Origin: Octopus vulgaris
Taxonomy: Eukaryota
Assembly: GCA_951406725.2 (NCBI GenBank)
Contig: OX597840.1
Location: 3,782,001 to 3,846,000 of the forward strand
DNA length: 64,000 nucleotides
Direction: 5' to 3'
Shown: in pieces, positions 16,454 through 32,715 of the stretch
How positions within the stretch are numbered: position 1 is the stretch's first letter
How the letters are laid out: each line of letters begins with the position of its first letter
The notes under the pieces: generated by a model
Told to the model about the DNA's origin: nothing
Seen by the model: the letters and a program-made list of their open reading frames with translations, nothing else
The model's database searches: none
Made by a program: the position numbers and the translations under genes

Positions 16454-16559
16454 TTACTTATATATATGCATATATATTATATATTTATATATTATATTTT
16501 ATATATATACATAATATATATACATACATACATACATACATGTGTGTGTGTGTGTGATA

Positions 16560-16866
16560 AAGCATGATAACCGTAAGATGTATTTCATACCATTAGTTCA
16601 CCATTCACGTTTCGCAAGTTTCGTTAATTGCATCCTCTGCAGTGGGTGTTCATATTGAAAATTGCTGCAGATGCACATCAGTTCTACATAGGAACACTTT
16701 ATTACATTTCGCTGATACAGATCAATCCTACACACCAGAATTTATAAATATCTTATAGTTTCTCTTTCGGCGAAAAATACTAAAATTTGACTACAATACT
16801 CTGTACTTACAAAAATTTGTCGGATCCTTAAATTCGAAGATACAATTAACCCAAACGGTAATAAAA
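16560..16866. mobile_element. Possible Penelope-like fragment: inverted pLTR piece (-) plus GIY-YIG C-terminus (+)
   Basis: + strand HFADTDQS...RILKFEDTINPNG resembles the PLE end HFxxxxH...WILKLxTLxPNGLN; minus strand cagagga-t-gcaa...ttgc-gaaacgt resembles a decayed hammerhead. Confidence 0.4.
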
Positions 16867-16907
16867 CTACTTTCTATTCTTCGTCTCTCTTATGAGTTTC
16901 TTCCACA

Positions 16908-16990
16908 CACCTTTGAACTGAGAACGTAACTACAGACGAACTACCGCTAAGGATTTTGCCCGGCGCACTAACGTGTCTGCCATCTCGCCA
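16908..16990 (-). mobile_element. Family A SINE head only
   Basis: tttgaactgagaacgtaactacagacgaactaccgctaaggattttgcccggcg matches the reverse-complement head. Confidence 0.75.
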
Positions 16991-17186
16991 CACACACACA
17001 CACACACACGCGCGCGCGCACACAGAATGAAAGGAAAAAAGGGAAAGGATATGGTTGGTGGCAAGATATTTCTCAACCAGTAGATATATTAATAGCAATA
17101 TAATACAGAGGAGGAGAGATGTTCAGAGAGAATAACATCATAGTTGCTACATATTTCGCAAACCAAAGAGACAGGTTAGTAAGAAT

Positions 17187-17768
17187 CTTTTCTACTCGAG
17201 GCACAAAGCCTGAAATTTTGGGGAAGGGGGCCAGTCGATTAGATCGACCCCAGTATGCAACTGATTGTTAATTTATTGACCCCCAAAAGAATGAAAGGCA
17301 ACGTCAACCTCGGCGGAATTTGAATTCAGAACATAAAGACAGACGAAATGCCTATTTCTTTACTACCCACAAGGGTCTAAACACAGAGGGGACAAACAAG
17401 GACAGACAATCGGATTAAGTCGATTATATCGACCCAGTGCGTAACTGGTACTTGTTTAATCGACCCCGAAAGGAAGAAAGGCAAAGTCGACCTCGGCGGG
17501 ATTTTAACTCATAACGTAACGGCAGACCAAATACCTGTTTCTTTATTACCCACAAGGGACTAAACATGGAGGGGACAAACAAGGACAGACAAAGGGATTA
17601 AGTCGGTTACATCGACCCTAGTGCGTAACTGGTACTTATTTAAACGACACCGAAAGAATGAAAGGCAAAGTCGACCTCGGTGGGATTTGAACTCAGAACG
17701 TAGAGGCAAGCGAAATACAGCAAAGCATTTGCTCCAGCTTGCTAGCCATTCTGCTAGCTCGTCGCTTC
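17187..17768 (-). mobile_element. Family A SINE trimer (head + unit/tail1 + unit/tail1 + unit/tail2)
   Basis: Three Nin-like domains; junctions at 17351/2 and 17534/5; 17-bp TSD gacaggttagtaagaat at 17170-17186 and 17769-17785. Confidence 0.92.
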
Positions 17769-17802
17769 GACAGGTTAGTAAGAATATATTAGAGAAAGTT
17801 AT

Positions 17803-17834
<32 letters not shown>

Positions 17835-17867
17835 ACACACACACACACATATGTTTGTATGTATGTA

Positions 17868-18263
17868 TTCTTTTCTTTATTCTTTTACTTGTTTCATTCA
17901 CTGTGCTCATGCTGGAGCACCACCTTGAATAGACATTTTAACCGAACAAATCGACCTAAGGACTTCTGTTTTGAGCCTGGTACTAATCTGAAATGGGACC
18001 TTACGGAGACGTAAACACACTAACACCGGTTGTCAAGCGGTGATAGGGGCAACAAACACAGACACAAAGACACTCACACGTAGATATACAAATGTATATA
18101 TACGACGGGATTCTTTCAATTTCCGTCTATCAAATCCACTCGCGAGGCTTTGATCGGCCAGGGTTATGGTAGAAGACGCTTGCCCAAGGTGCTACGAAGT
18201 GGGATTGAACCTGGAATCATGTGGTTCAAAGCAAGCTTCTTACAACACAGCCAAACCTCGCCT
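17868..18263 (-). mobile_element. Family B SINE, diverged
   Basis: Reverse complement of the 16048-16453 type along its length. Confidence 0.85.
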
Positions 18264-18313
18264 AGCCACAAATACACACAAACACACAAACACACACAAA
18301 CATAGAGACAGAC

Positions 18314-18367
<54 letters not shown>

Positions 18368-18419
18368 GAAGAGAGGAAGAATATGTGTATTGTTGCATCA
18401 TAACACGCAAATAGATAGA

Positions 18420-18915
18420 TACATACATACATATGTGCATACGTACGTATATATATATATTCGTACGTACGTACGTGTGTACACACACATACATACACAT
18501 ATACATACATACACATATACATATATACATGCATACATACATACATACATACATACATACATACATACATACTCACATACATACCTGTATGATACATACA
18601 TACACGCATACATAATATATGCATACATACATACATGCATACATACATACAAGCATACATACATACATACAAACATACATACATACATACATACATACAT
18701 ACACGCATACATAATATATGCATACATACATGCATACATACATACAAGCATACATACATACATACAAACATACATACAAACATACATACATACATACATA
18801 CATACATACATACATACAATCATACATACATACATACATACATACATACATACATACATACATACATACATACATACATACATACATACGTACATACATA
18901 CACACATACACACAC
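18420..18915. repeat. (TACA)n tetranucleotide array with internal block duplications
   Basis: Direct observation; cacgcatacataatatatgcatac block repeated at about 18603 and 18701. Confidence 0.95.
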
Positions 18916-19353
18916 AGAGAACACAGTAAGAAAGCAAGGTTGCAACATGACTCACAAACAGCGGCTCGGTTAGTAGAGACGTAATAGAGAAAGACATAAA
19001 CGTGCGTGGCTGCTTCATAATTCACGAACAGCAAAGAAGTTAGTACAATTATGTTTTAAACTTTTATCGGATTTAACGGGTCAGTAGTTACCAGCTCTGT
19101 TAAAGACATTAGAAAAGGTAGCATTGAACTCGCTTCCTATTTTCTGAAAAATAAAAGTTTTACTTCTCTATAACCTTGCCAACAGACAAGAAGCAGGTCA
19201 AAGCAGACAATAAAAGAGGCATATACATATATATATATATATATATATAAGATTACAGAAATTTGCACATATTTACGTATATGTATACACACACATATAT
19301 ATATATATGTGTGTTCGAGCAAATACATATGTGTACATATTTATGTGTGTATG

Positions 19354-19415
<62 letters not shown>

Positions 19416-19488
19416 CATTTATAAACACGTATACTTTCAAGTAGACGCATTTACAAACGGTCCTGTATATAAATTGACTTATAGGAAA

Positions 19489-19519
<31 letters not shown>

Positions 19520-19573
19520 CATATATACATATACATATATATATATACATATATATATATGTATATATGTATG

Positions 19574-19609
<36 letters not shown>

Positions 19610-19863
19610 ATATTTATATATATACATATATATACCTACATATATACATGTAAAACATATATGTGTGTGAGTATGTGTGTATGTCTGTATGCATGTGTGT
19701 GAACTCAGGAATATATGAAATTCCTGACTTTCTATCAACAGCTGCCTTCAAGCTAAATGAAATATTTATTCTCTCTCACTCTTGTTTCCAACCTACTCAT
19801 ATATGTGTATATCAATATGAATAAACGCATATATGCATATATATAGAGAGAGACAGACATATA

Positions 19864-19937
<74 letters not shown>

Positions 19938-20201
19938 TATGTATGTACGTAAATATGAAGAGCCTTCCTTACGTATACATAAATAAGATATATTCTTACA
20001 AAGAAACACACGAGTGACAAATACATTCATCAATATAGATAATCAATACATGTATATGTTAGTGTATGCGTGTGTATTTATCTATATATGGATATATATA
20101 CATAGACACGCACACATATATATTAATATATATTATATATCTATATGTATATTTATATATATGTATATATGTATATTTATATATATGTATATATGTATAA
20201 G

Positions 20202-20234
<33 letters not shown>

Positions 20235-20479
20235 GCATACATATATATATATATATCGTTTGGTCTTAAGTAATATCTAGGCGCACGGATGTAGTTGTAC
20301 AATTACATATACACGTATTTTGTTTGACACGTACTCTCTGCACCCACGCACGCACGTATAACATTAAAAAATCTAACATATTGTATATTTTATGAATATT
20401 CTCTGAAAGATCTGTCCGCATGCGTGCACGTGTGCGTATATATGCATAAGCGTGTGCTTATATGCATACAAAATACGTG

Positions 20480-21385
20480 GGGTACTTGCCAAACTTCCCT
20501 GGAAAAGGGAGGCCTGACTTCCTATAAAAATTCGTAATCTTGTCGATGACGAGAAACCTATGAAATTTTGCGCGTATCACCCGTTAATTATGGGTATTAT
20601 ATAACTCTTGGTTTCTTGAAACAGCCGTTGAGATAAGGCATTATTTAATTTGTCTCCATATTCACTTTTCTGTATTTTTACTATGTTATATTTTATATAA
20701 TCTTTATATGTGTGGTGCTCCACGTAAAAAGATATGTATCAAGCCTAACTGTGCTTATCTCTCTTACTACTAAATAGATGGATATATATATTTATCTTTT
20801 ATTAAATTTTTAATACTTTTGATATATATTTAAAATAATATAAATTAATTAACTTTATGTATTGGCTTATGTTTTTCATTGTTTGATTTGCCTAATAGTG
20901 GTTTGATCTCTAATTTAATATAATTTTGTTTAAATTGTGTATATTACCTGGGCGATAAACTTTTGCTCTTCTCTTTTGTAAAAGTCCAACGTCTCTTGGC
21001 TACTATTGACAAGGTGAGACAATTGCGATGCTAATGACAGCTATAAAGGCAGAAACGCGTACCCATGTCTGTTCTCTTACTTCTGCGTTTCCTTAACGGC
21101 ATATCAATTTTGGAAGATTCTTGATTATTGATTGGTTCTTAACTGAAGCTGGTCTTAATTATCATTTGGCAATTATGATTCCCTTCTCATTTATATATAT
21201 ATATATATATAAATGCCTCACACTAGGAATAACAAACTCTCCTAGCGTGAGGTATTTATTATAGAAATGCATTTAATATAGATAAAAATATTTAAAGGGA
21301 ATAATTAATAAATGTTTCCCTTATGAGGATTTTCACGCTAACTACTTGATAAATTCGTATAAAGATTTTATACTATTTTTAACTA
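20480..21385. mobile_element. Probable Penelope-like pLTR remnants adjoining (TA)n
   Basis: Degenerate hammerhead ctaatga-cagc-tataaag-gca-gaaacgcgta at 21031-21061 with palindromic ACGCGT helix III; ~16-bp hairpin at 21212-21254; TA runs at the boundaries. Confidence 0.45.
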
Positions 21386-21405
21386 TATATGTATATATAT
21401 ATTTA

Positions 21406-21476
<71 letters not shown>

Positions 21477-22169
21477 GATGTTATCATTTTGTTGGTTCCA
21501 GTGCCAGCATAAAAGTGCTCAACACACTACAATATTTAAAAGTGTGTAAAATCTATTTTCTGCTTGTCATGTACAAGATAGACATAATTTACAGATTTTA
21601 TACATGCCAAGCAAATATCTACACAAATATGAATATAAACACATGTAAGAGTGTGTGTGTACATATACATAAAAACACATTCACATATACATACATATAT
21701 ATATATATTTTGATTCGCACCCATTAAAAAATTCCTAATGTGAATACACACATTGGCATATTTTGATGCGCATGCACATACACATATACAGACTCACACA
21801 CATGCAGAAACACATATGTGTTTCTGAATGTTTATGAGTGTTTGTATATGTGCGTTTGTGTGGGGGTGGAGGTATGCGCACGTGTTATTTATTTGAATTC
21901 AATTTAAACCCTGAAATGAAAATAAACGTTTTTTTTTTTTTATTTATTAATATTTTTTTTCTTTCTTGCGTTTTCTCAATTATTATAAATTAATCGAACG
22001 CTTTTAAAGTCCATCCTTAAAATTCATCAAAAATTAAATTTTTCATCTTTCGAATTTTAAACATCAGTATTATTTTTGTTGTAATTATTGCTTTTATTTT
22101 TGTTTTGTTTTTGTTTTTGTTTTTTTGCATTTTTGTTTGTTTTATGTTTTCATTATTGTCCATAATTTT

Positions 22170-23755
<1,586 letters not shown>

Positions 23756-24349
23756 TAATTTCATTCAATTAATTCTTTCGGTTTTTTTTTTCATCTTTTC
23801 TTGAATTTCTCACCGGAATGACATGTAAGGGGTGGGAAGTGATTTCACCTCCGGTATAATCGATAATTGTGTTGTATGGTGTGGAGCGGGGCGGTATTGT
23901 ACCCTGGGTACTTTTGAGGTGAGGTTGTGAGGTATTGCCACAACACGTAATGCTACAACAACGCCACCTATGTAGTGAGTGTTTGTGTTGTGTGTTCACC
24001 ATAAGTTGTCAAAAGTTTCGGTTGTAGTGCGTTAACAAGAGCGCTTTTACGGTTTTGTTGTGAATGTGACGTAGTCAAGGTAGTTCAGATGGTGGGGGCG
24101 GTAGTGGTAGTGGTGGTGGTGGTGGTGGTGGTGGTGATGGTGGTGGTAATAGCGGTGGTGGTGGTGATGGTTGGGGTGTTGTTAGCAGTGCTGCTGGTGA
24201 GGGTGCAAAGCATTTTGGTCGGGATATTTGAAGGGTAGCGTTGTGTGACATCTTTAGGCAAGGTGCAACCTACCTTTAAGACTGATTTTTAATATTTGCG
24301 TTATGATCGCCATCTCATACGCCGAATACTTATTGCTACCATTGATGTC

Positions 24350-24652
24350 GGAGGGCACATGGCCTAGGCCTAGTGGTTAGTGTGTTGCACTCACGATTGA
24401 CAGAGCGTGGGTTCAATTCCTAGACCAGGTAGTGCGTTGTATTTTTTAACAAAACACTTCATTTCAAATTGCTTTACAATCACTTCGACACCTGACACAT
24501 GGTACACCATACACCTGTTCAGACAGCATCAATTTGATGGAGAGACTGAGATAATGTGCGTCACCAACATTTGATCACTATAAACGAATCATTCGTACAG
24601 GTAGTTGAGCAAGAATTTCCAAATCCGTCTTTCTCCGACTACAAGAGACTAT
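24350..24652 (+). mobile_element. Diverged tRNA-SINE, family C-like head with a different 3' region
   Basis: tggcctagtggttag A box, gggttcaattcc B box, gcgttgtatttttaacaaaacacttcatttca central segment. Confidence 0.7.
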
Positions 24653-24837
24653 CATTATTGTTGTTATTATTGTTGCTGTTGTTGTTGTTGCTGTTACTGC
24701 TACTAAGAATGACGAATAATTATTAAGGGTGTTGTTGAGGTGTGGTAACTAGAGAATCTTAAGGATACTTTCGTAGTGTGTAGAAGTTAAGATATTTTAA
24801 AGATGACGTAATGGTTTCTGATCCCTTGGATATATTG

Positions 24838-25040
24838 ATTTCAAATTTTGGCTCCAGGCCAGAAAGTTCAGGGGGAGGAGTAAGTCGATTACATCGGCCC
24901 CCAATGCTCAACTAGTACTTATTTTATCGGCCCCGAAAGGATGAAAGGTAAAGTCAGAATTTGAAATCAGAACGGAAAGACGAACGAAATGCCGCTAAGC
25001 ATTTTGCAAGCTTCCTAACTGTTCTGCCAGCTCGCCGCCT
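24838..25040 (-). mobile_element. Family A SINE monomer, tail type 2, internally deleted
   Basis: ccccgaaaggatgaaaggtaaagtc and head ...ctgccagctcgccgcc. Confidence 0.82.
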
Positions 25041-25057
25041 CCATCATTACCATCACC

Positions 25058-25088
<31 letters not shown>

Positions 25089-25116
25089 TGATAATAATAA
25101 TAATAATAATAATAAT

Positions 25117-25653
25117 GTGTCAATTCTATGGGACTTCCCCGTGCAGACCGACAGGACTATAAAAGCCAATAAATCGGATATCATCATAAAAGATCAGATA
25201 AAAAGGATGTGCTTATTAATTGACATGAGTATTCCCTGTGATCACAATATAGCGGCGAAAGAATTTGACAAGATTAGTAAATATAAAGACCTGCTAATAG
25301 AAATTGAAAAAATGTGGCATCTCAAGGTGACTACAGTACCAGTGATTGTAGGATCTCTAGGAATGATAAAAAAAGGTACTGAAACCTATTTGAAAATGAT
25401 TCCAGGCTTGCCATCCCTACAGGAAGTGCAAAAAATCGTATTAACTGGAACGGCTCATGTACTGAGAAGAGCACTATCGCTGTGAAAATAACATCCATCC
25501 ATGATTTTATTTATTTATTAATTTTTAAATACATATTTTATCTGTGAATTTGCGCGTGTAATCTGGGAATGCATACAATGCCCTTCTCTGCCCTAGGTGT
25601 ATGGAAAACACTCGGCGAGAGACGGAAGAAAATTTGAAGAAAGAAGGAAAAAC
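25117..25653 (+). mobile_element. 5'-truncated R4/Dong-clade LINE: restriction-like endonuclease domain + 3' UTR
   Basis: Open frame to the stop at 25485: ILWDFPVQTDRTIKANKSDIIIKD...CLLIDMSIPCD...KISKYKDL..EIEKMW...VPVIVGSLG...LRRALSL (PD-(D/E)xK RLE of R4/Dong); flanked on both sides by (TAA)n, the known Dong target. Confidence 0.92.
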
Positions 25654-25703
<50 letters not shown>

Positions 25704-25706
<3 letters not shown>

Positions 25707-25768
25707 GGCACACAGAGCTGCGCTCGGTAGTGAAGTGAAAGCACGCTATAAAAATAAAAATAAAACTA

Positions 25769-25772
<4 letters not shown>
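25704..25772 (+). mobile_element. Short insert in (TAA)n, probably the extreme 3' end of a second Dong-type LINE
   Basis: About 70 bp of unique sequence with aataaa signals, between two (AAT)n runs. Confidence 0.45.
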
Positions 25773-25817
<45 letters not shown>

Positions 25818-25820
25818 GTA

Positions 25821-26037
25821 ATCCTTTCTACTAAAGGCAAAAGGCCTGGATTTTGTGGCGAGTGGGGACATTCGATCACATCGACTCCAGTACTCCACTG
25901 ATTCTTAATTTATTGACACCGAAAGGATGAAAGGCAAAGTCGACCTCGGTAGAATTTGAACTCAGAACGTTGCGGCAGACGAAATACTTGCTAAGCATTT
26001 CGCCCGGCGTGCTAACGATTCTACCAGCTCGCCGCCT
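25821..26037 (-). mobile_element. Family A SINE monomer, tail type 2, with (ATT)n tail
   Basis: gaaaggatgaaaggcaaagtcgacctcgg, B box and head present; 3' end abuts the (AAT)n run. Confidence 0.87.
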
Positions 26038-26074
26038 CGTCATCATCGCCAAAATAATAATAATAATAATAATA

Positions 26075-26705
26075 AAGTATTCAAGAGTGGTGGTGTGTAG
26101 TAGCTATTTTAAGGGGGTTTGGGTATACTCAGTGTTTGGAGTTGTAGGGCGGCGTGTATAGTGTCTAGAATATTCAAAAGCTAGTGTTGCGGGGCATGGT
26201 GGCTGATATATCTTAAGGTTGGTTAGATAAGGTGTAGTGTGGGCTACTCTAAGTTTTGCGGGGTGGCGTGTGGCATCTTGGATATGTAAAGCGGGTAGCG
26301 TTGTAGGGTAGCGTGTGTGGTGCCTAAAAGAATCCAAAGTAGCGTTGTGGGTAGCGGTGACAGAAATATTTTAAGGGTATTGCGGTGTTGTGTAATGACT
26401 AGAATATTTAGGGGTAGTTTCGTGCATGTGGTAGCTATTTTAAGGATTGTATGGTAATTTGTGCTGTCTTGCGTATGTTAAGCGGGTAGTATTGTAAAGT
26501 GGTATTGCAGGGTGGGGAGCTGAGCTATGGTAAAGCTGGGGTGGTAGGGTATAGCGTTAAGACATTTAGAGAGCGATAGGGTGATGTAAGATGTGGAAGG
26601 GTAGCGAAGTTATTTTAAGTCTGGTTCGGTGGGCGTGATGTGTAAGACTTTTTAAAAGGGTGGCTGGGCTACTGAGTGAGTAAGGGGTGGCTAAGCTATT
26701 TTAAT
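26075..26705. repeat. Old degenerate G/T-rich minisatellite, period about 35-40 bp
   Basis: Recurring motif like tatttaagggtagcgttgtg at about 26104, 26170, 26207, 26282, 26365, 26404, 26435, 26611, 26697. Confidence 0.6.
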
Positions 26706-27711
26706 CTAAATTAATTTCAAATTAAATTTGTCATTTCATATCCGTTGTTTTAATAAATTTTTGTATTTATTTCGTATTTCTATATTTTGTAATTTTTACA
26801 TTTTTAAAAAAATTTTCTCATTTACTTTTTCTCTTTTCTTAAAAAAAAAAAAATAGGATTTTTTGAAAATATTTTTACGTGTTTTTAAAATATTTTTTTT
26901 TACTTCTTTTATTATTTTTTATTAAAATTTGTCTTGCAGTTTCTTTAGATCTTGTTTCTCTTCATCTTTGTATTGTTTTGGTTGAAAGAGAGAGTGGAAG
27001 AGGAGGAGGAGGAGGAGGAGGAGGAGGAGGAGGAGGAGGAGGAGGAGGAGGAGGAGGAAGAGGAGGAGGGGGAGGGGAAGGAGGAGAGATGGTTGGGAGG
27101 GGTTGAGGGTGAGTATGTGAATAAATTGTTATAAAAAAAAAGAATAGAAAAGAGTACGACGCAGGAGGATGGGGGTGGGAGTAAATGACTGAGCAATGTG
27201 AGTGAGAGTGTGAGTGAGAGTGTGACTCTGAGTGACAGAAGAAAACGAGGAGTGAGACATGCTCTAAATACAGGCAGAGTGAATCCTGGTCGTTGTTACA
27301 CTTGCTGTGATTGTTGTTATTGTTATGGTTATTGCCGGGGGTGGTTGAGAATGATCATCGAAGGCATTCTCCAAATGACCATCACGTCATGTACGAGCGC
27401 GAATCAAGTTATCTTATGCGTCCATTTATAAGACAACAGAGTGAGATTTAAGGGGTTTTTGACGGCTATTTCTAGCAATTCATGTGACCACTTTGTGATG
27501 TCGTCGTTTTGTATTTTGAGATTACTTTATTCCAAGGTACGCGTATGGCAAAATGGAGGTCGACATAATTCACTGGGCTTTAACTCCTACCACCAGCCGC
27601 CATAGAGTATTCATTATTGAAAAAAAAGTAACATTGGAGTCTCCCTGAAGATACTGTCTTTGCAATATCATATTGCAGCATGTTGTTAAGTGTGTGTATG
27701 TGTGTCTCTAG

Positions 27712-27879
<168 letters not shown>

Positions 27880-28415
27880 CCATATCTATATATATGCATA
27901 TAATTGTATGTATGTATATATAAACACACACACACACATATATACACACGGATTATAATAAAACGTGCAGTAAAACTAAACATACAGCATATGCATGCAT
28001 ACACATACATTCACATAGACACACCTACATTAACGAAAACGCATTATATAAATATGTATGTGTGTGTGTGTACGTATGTATTCATGTAGATACATAAAAA
28101 TGCATATACATATATTTATACATACATACTGTATATACATACATGTTCTGCCAGTACAAACATGGCCATTAGGATTACTAGGCCTATGAAAACTGATGCT
28201 GTATCAAACACCACCAACACTACCATCAATACTGACAATTCCACACAAGCAACAACATCACCAACAGCACCACTCGGCATATACCATTAGTAATATATGC
28301 AACACTGCCAATACCCGTAACATTACTACGACTTTCAACACCACCACTAGCACCGCTACCAGAGCTACCACCACCACCACTAACGCAACCAGCGCCACCA
28401 CACCACGACCACGAG

Positions 28416-28984
28416 TACTGGGTTGTCCTGAAAGTTCGTGCCGATTTATAGTAGCTTACCTTTCGACTTATTTTAGAACATGGTTGAGTCCATAAAATAG
28501 GATTTTACTACACCCCCATTGAGAGCACAGTTTAATCTATCTTTTCGTGGAAGAAGGTTTATGTTCCTATAAACTGTATCAATTCTGTAACCCTTTAAAA
28601 CGAAAGATAAGAATGTTCATTTTGGCACTTGATGCTTTGGGAACCAGACAAAAATTGCTGCAGCTCGGCTGGGATGTATTACCCCACCCTCCATATTCAC
28701 TAGAAATTGCTCCTTCGGATTTCCACTTATTCAGGTTTCTGCAGAATAGTCTTAATGGTAAAAATTTCAATTCCTTGGATGACGTAAAAAGATACCTTGA
28801 TGAATTATTTGCCATGAAAGCACCTGAATTCTGGGAAGAGGGTATTTTCAAGTTAAAGGAAAGATGGAGACGCATTGTGCAAGAAAATGGTTCATATTTG
28901 GTTGATTAAAAATGTAATGGCAATTATTTATTGACCTTTTTCTTTCCTTTATAAATCGGCCCGAACTTTCCGGACAACCCAATA
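28416..28984 (+). mobile_element. Internally deleted mariner element with both TIRs, TA TSD and transposase C-terminus
   Basis: TIRs ctgggttgtcctgaaagttcgtgccgatttata / tataaatcggcccgaactttccggacaacccaa flanked by TA; ORF to 28909 contains LGWDVLPHPPYSLEIAPSDFHLF (YSPDLAPSD motif) and GIFKLKERWRRIVQENGSY. Confidence 0.95.
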
Positions 28985-29471
28985 GATCTACCACCACCGC
29001 TACCAACGCCACCACCGACAACAACAATAACAACACCGCCATTACTATCCTCATCAACATGGTGGATGTTATACCAACTCCACTACTACCAACGCCACCA
29101 CCAGCATCACCAACAAAAAAGCCAACATCAGCATTATCATCATATTCCTTTCCACCAACACTAACAACAACAACAACAACAACAACAACAATATCAGTGC
29201 TATCACCAACATCATCATAATCATAATCACTAGCACCAGCACCACCACCAACAACAACAACAACAACAACAGCAACAACGAGGACGATGACAGAGCCACC
29301 TACACTAATAGTACAATCTACGCCAATACCTCTAACACTACGTCAAAACCATTACCAACTACTACTACTACTACTACTACAACTACTATTACCACTAACA
29401 GTACTGATACTAATACTACTAATACTTTTTCATTTTCCATTACCACCACCACCACGACTACTACTACCCCA

Positions 29472-29887
<416 letters not shown>

Positions 29888-29961
29888 GCAGCCAATTATA
29901 ACAACTGCGGCTACAAAATGAAGAACAGAACCATCCAGCTTTCACACTGCGGGCGCACACA

Positions 29962-30000
<39 letters not shown>

Positions 30001-30159
30001 ACACATACGCATTCACATGCAGGTATATACTTACACACACATTATTATTGTACTTTGCAAATAAGTGCATATACACAAATCCATCCATACAGATACACGC
30101 GTGTGTATACACGCATACACGTATTTCTGTGTATGAGCGTGCGTTTGTATGTATCTGCC

Positions 30160-30196
<37 letters not shown>

Positions 30197-30294
30197 CATA
30201 TATGTACGTATACAAATATGCGTGCACATATACATACATATACATAAATATACATATATATAATTGCATATACAGATATACACACATGCACATA

Positions 30295-30370
<76 letters not shown>

Positions 30371-30494
30371 TATGTATGTGTGCATGTATGTATATATATA
30401 TGTGTGTGTGTATGTATGCATAGATATATAATTATATATATATGTATATGTATACATGCATTTATATATATACACATACATATATATATATGTA

Positions 30495-30627
<133 letters not shown>

Positions 30628-31007
30628 GTCTATATATGCAGCATTACAGAATCTTTTATACATTATTTCAGGTTTTGAAAATTTCATTATCTGATAGTTG
30701 GATGGCAGGAATATTGGTCGCGATCTTGGCAAGGAATTGCGTTCTGTTGATAGATCAATTTTGACTTTAATCAAGAAACGGACCAGCCAATTCTTTGGTC
30801 GGTAACCTTTTTCCCTTTCGCTGCTAATCTTAGCCATCAGCGAAAGATAACTTATTAAACTAAAGCACTGAACACTTCCATTAATTGAATATTAAGGTGT
30901 GTGTATACGTAGAAATATACCTGTGCATATATAGGTGAGTATGAGCGTGTACGTTTGTGTATTGGTGTGTAGGTAGTGAGTATATGTACATGCATATGTG
31001 TGGATGC

Positions 31008-31063
<56 letters not shown>

Positions 31064-31100
31064 CTGTGTGTATTTGTGTACCTGTGAGATTGAATAAACG

Positions 31101-31184
<84 letters not shown>

Positions 31185-31200
31185 TATGTGTGTGTGTGTG

Positions 31201-31236
<36 letters not shown>

Positions 31237-31599
31237 TGTGTGTGTCTGTGTGTGTGTGTGTGTGTGTAAGCGTATGGATGTTTATACACACATACGTATG
31301 TATGATTTTGTAAGAGTGCTGAAAGGTGGATTGCTAGAAGGATAGATAGATGAATAGATAAATAGAGAGGAAGAGTGAGAGAGAGAGTGTGTGTGTGTTA
31401 GAGGGAGAGAAAGAGAGAGAGAGAATGATAAGGTTATAAATGAAAGCACTTACGCAACGGACACACACACACACGCACACACATATATATATGTATATAT
31501 TTGTGTATATAGGTGTACATATATGCATATATATTTGGGCGGTGCGCGTGTGTTTGTACATATATAGAGAAATCTATATGCAGGTGTATGCCCTTATGC

Positions 31600-31649
<50 letters not shown>

Positions 31650-32678
31650 TTATATGTATGTATGTATGTATATACACGTAAAAATATGTATGTGTACCAA
31701 TATATCAGGTTCTCCCACTATCTGTTTAATGTCCCTACTCTCTATCAATCTAATTATCTATCTATCTACCAATCAATCTATCAATCTAATTATCTATCCA
31801 TCTACCTATCAATCTATCTATCTACCTATCTATCCATCTACCAATCTACATATCTATCTACCTGGTTATTTATCTACATCTCAAGGTAGATACGACACAT
31901 GCAAGACGCAGCCGTCATCTTGAGCACCACCATCACCATCACCACCACCACCACCACCACAACCACCACAGTAACAACAACAACAACGGCAGCCTTCACC
32001 ATCACCATCACCATCGCTATCACCATGATGGCTACTAGTAACAGTACTTTTAGCCATATTCTCTCTGGCGTCACAAGGAAACCGCCAAAACCCACCTACG
32101 CCAGTTCCACCTACATCACTACCAACACCACCACCACCACCACAGCGGTCATCAGACCTACCACGATCACCATCACTGCTACCACCACAATCATCATCAT
32201 CATCATCGTCATCGTCATCATCTTCATCATCATCATATATCATCATCATCATCATCATCATATCATCATCATCATCATCATCATCATCGTCGTCATCATG
32301 ACCTCCATCGTCGCCGCCAGGTGCAGCATCACCGCCACCACCACCTCCATCGTCATCACAATAACAACGGCCACCACCACTGATATTGCCAACACCACCA
32401 CCGCTATCACCACCACCACCACCGCCGCCGCCACCACCACCTCCATCGCCAGCAAAACTACTACGAATGCCATCACCAATATCACCGTTGCCATCGGCGC
32501 CACCACCATCAGCCCCCCCCCCCCACACACACACACACATACACACGCGCGCGTGCGCACACAGACACGGCTTCCATTATGTCCAGTATCGTCTCCAGCC
32601 TCATTATCATCACCATCACAAGTGCTATAAATTCAATGCGTATAAATTGCTATATATGTATGCGTGTGTATATACATG

Positions 32679-32715
<37 letters not shown>

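Noticed and set aside
17187-17768. Regularly spaced repeats as a CRISPR-like array
   Set aside because: The units are wholly homologous SINE bodies without unique spacers; the context is eukaryotic with no cas genes.
23963-23978. CTCF-like motif cgccacctatgt
   Set aside because: A single partial match that cannot be supported from sequence alone.
24961-25116. N-terminal part of the 174-aa ORF
   Set aside because: Read-through of an antisense SINE and (AAT)n; only 25117-25485 is LINE coding sequence.
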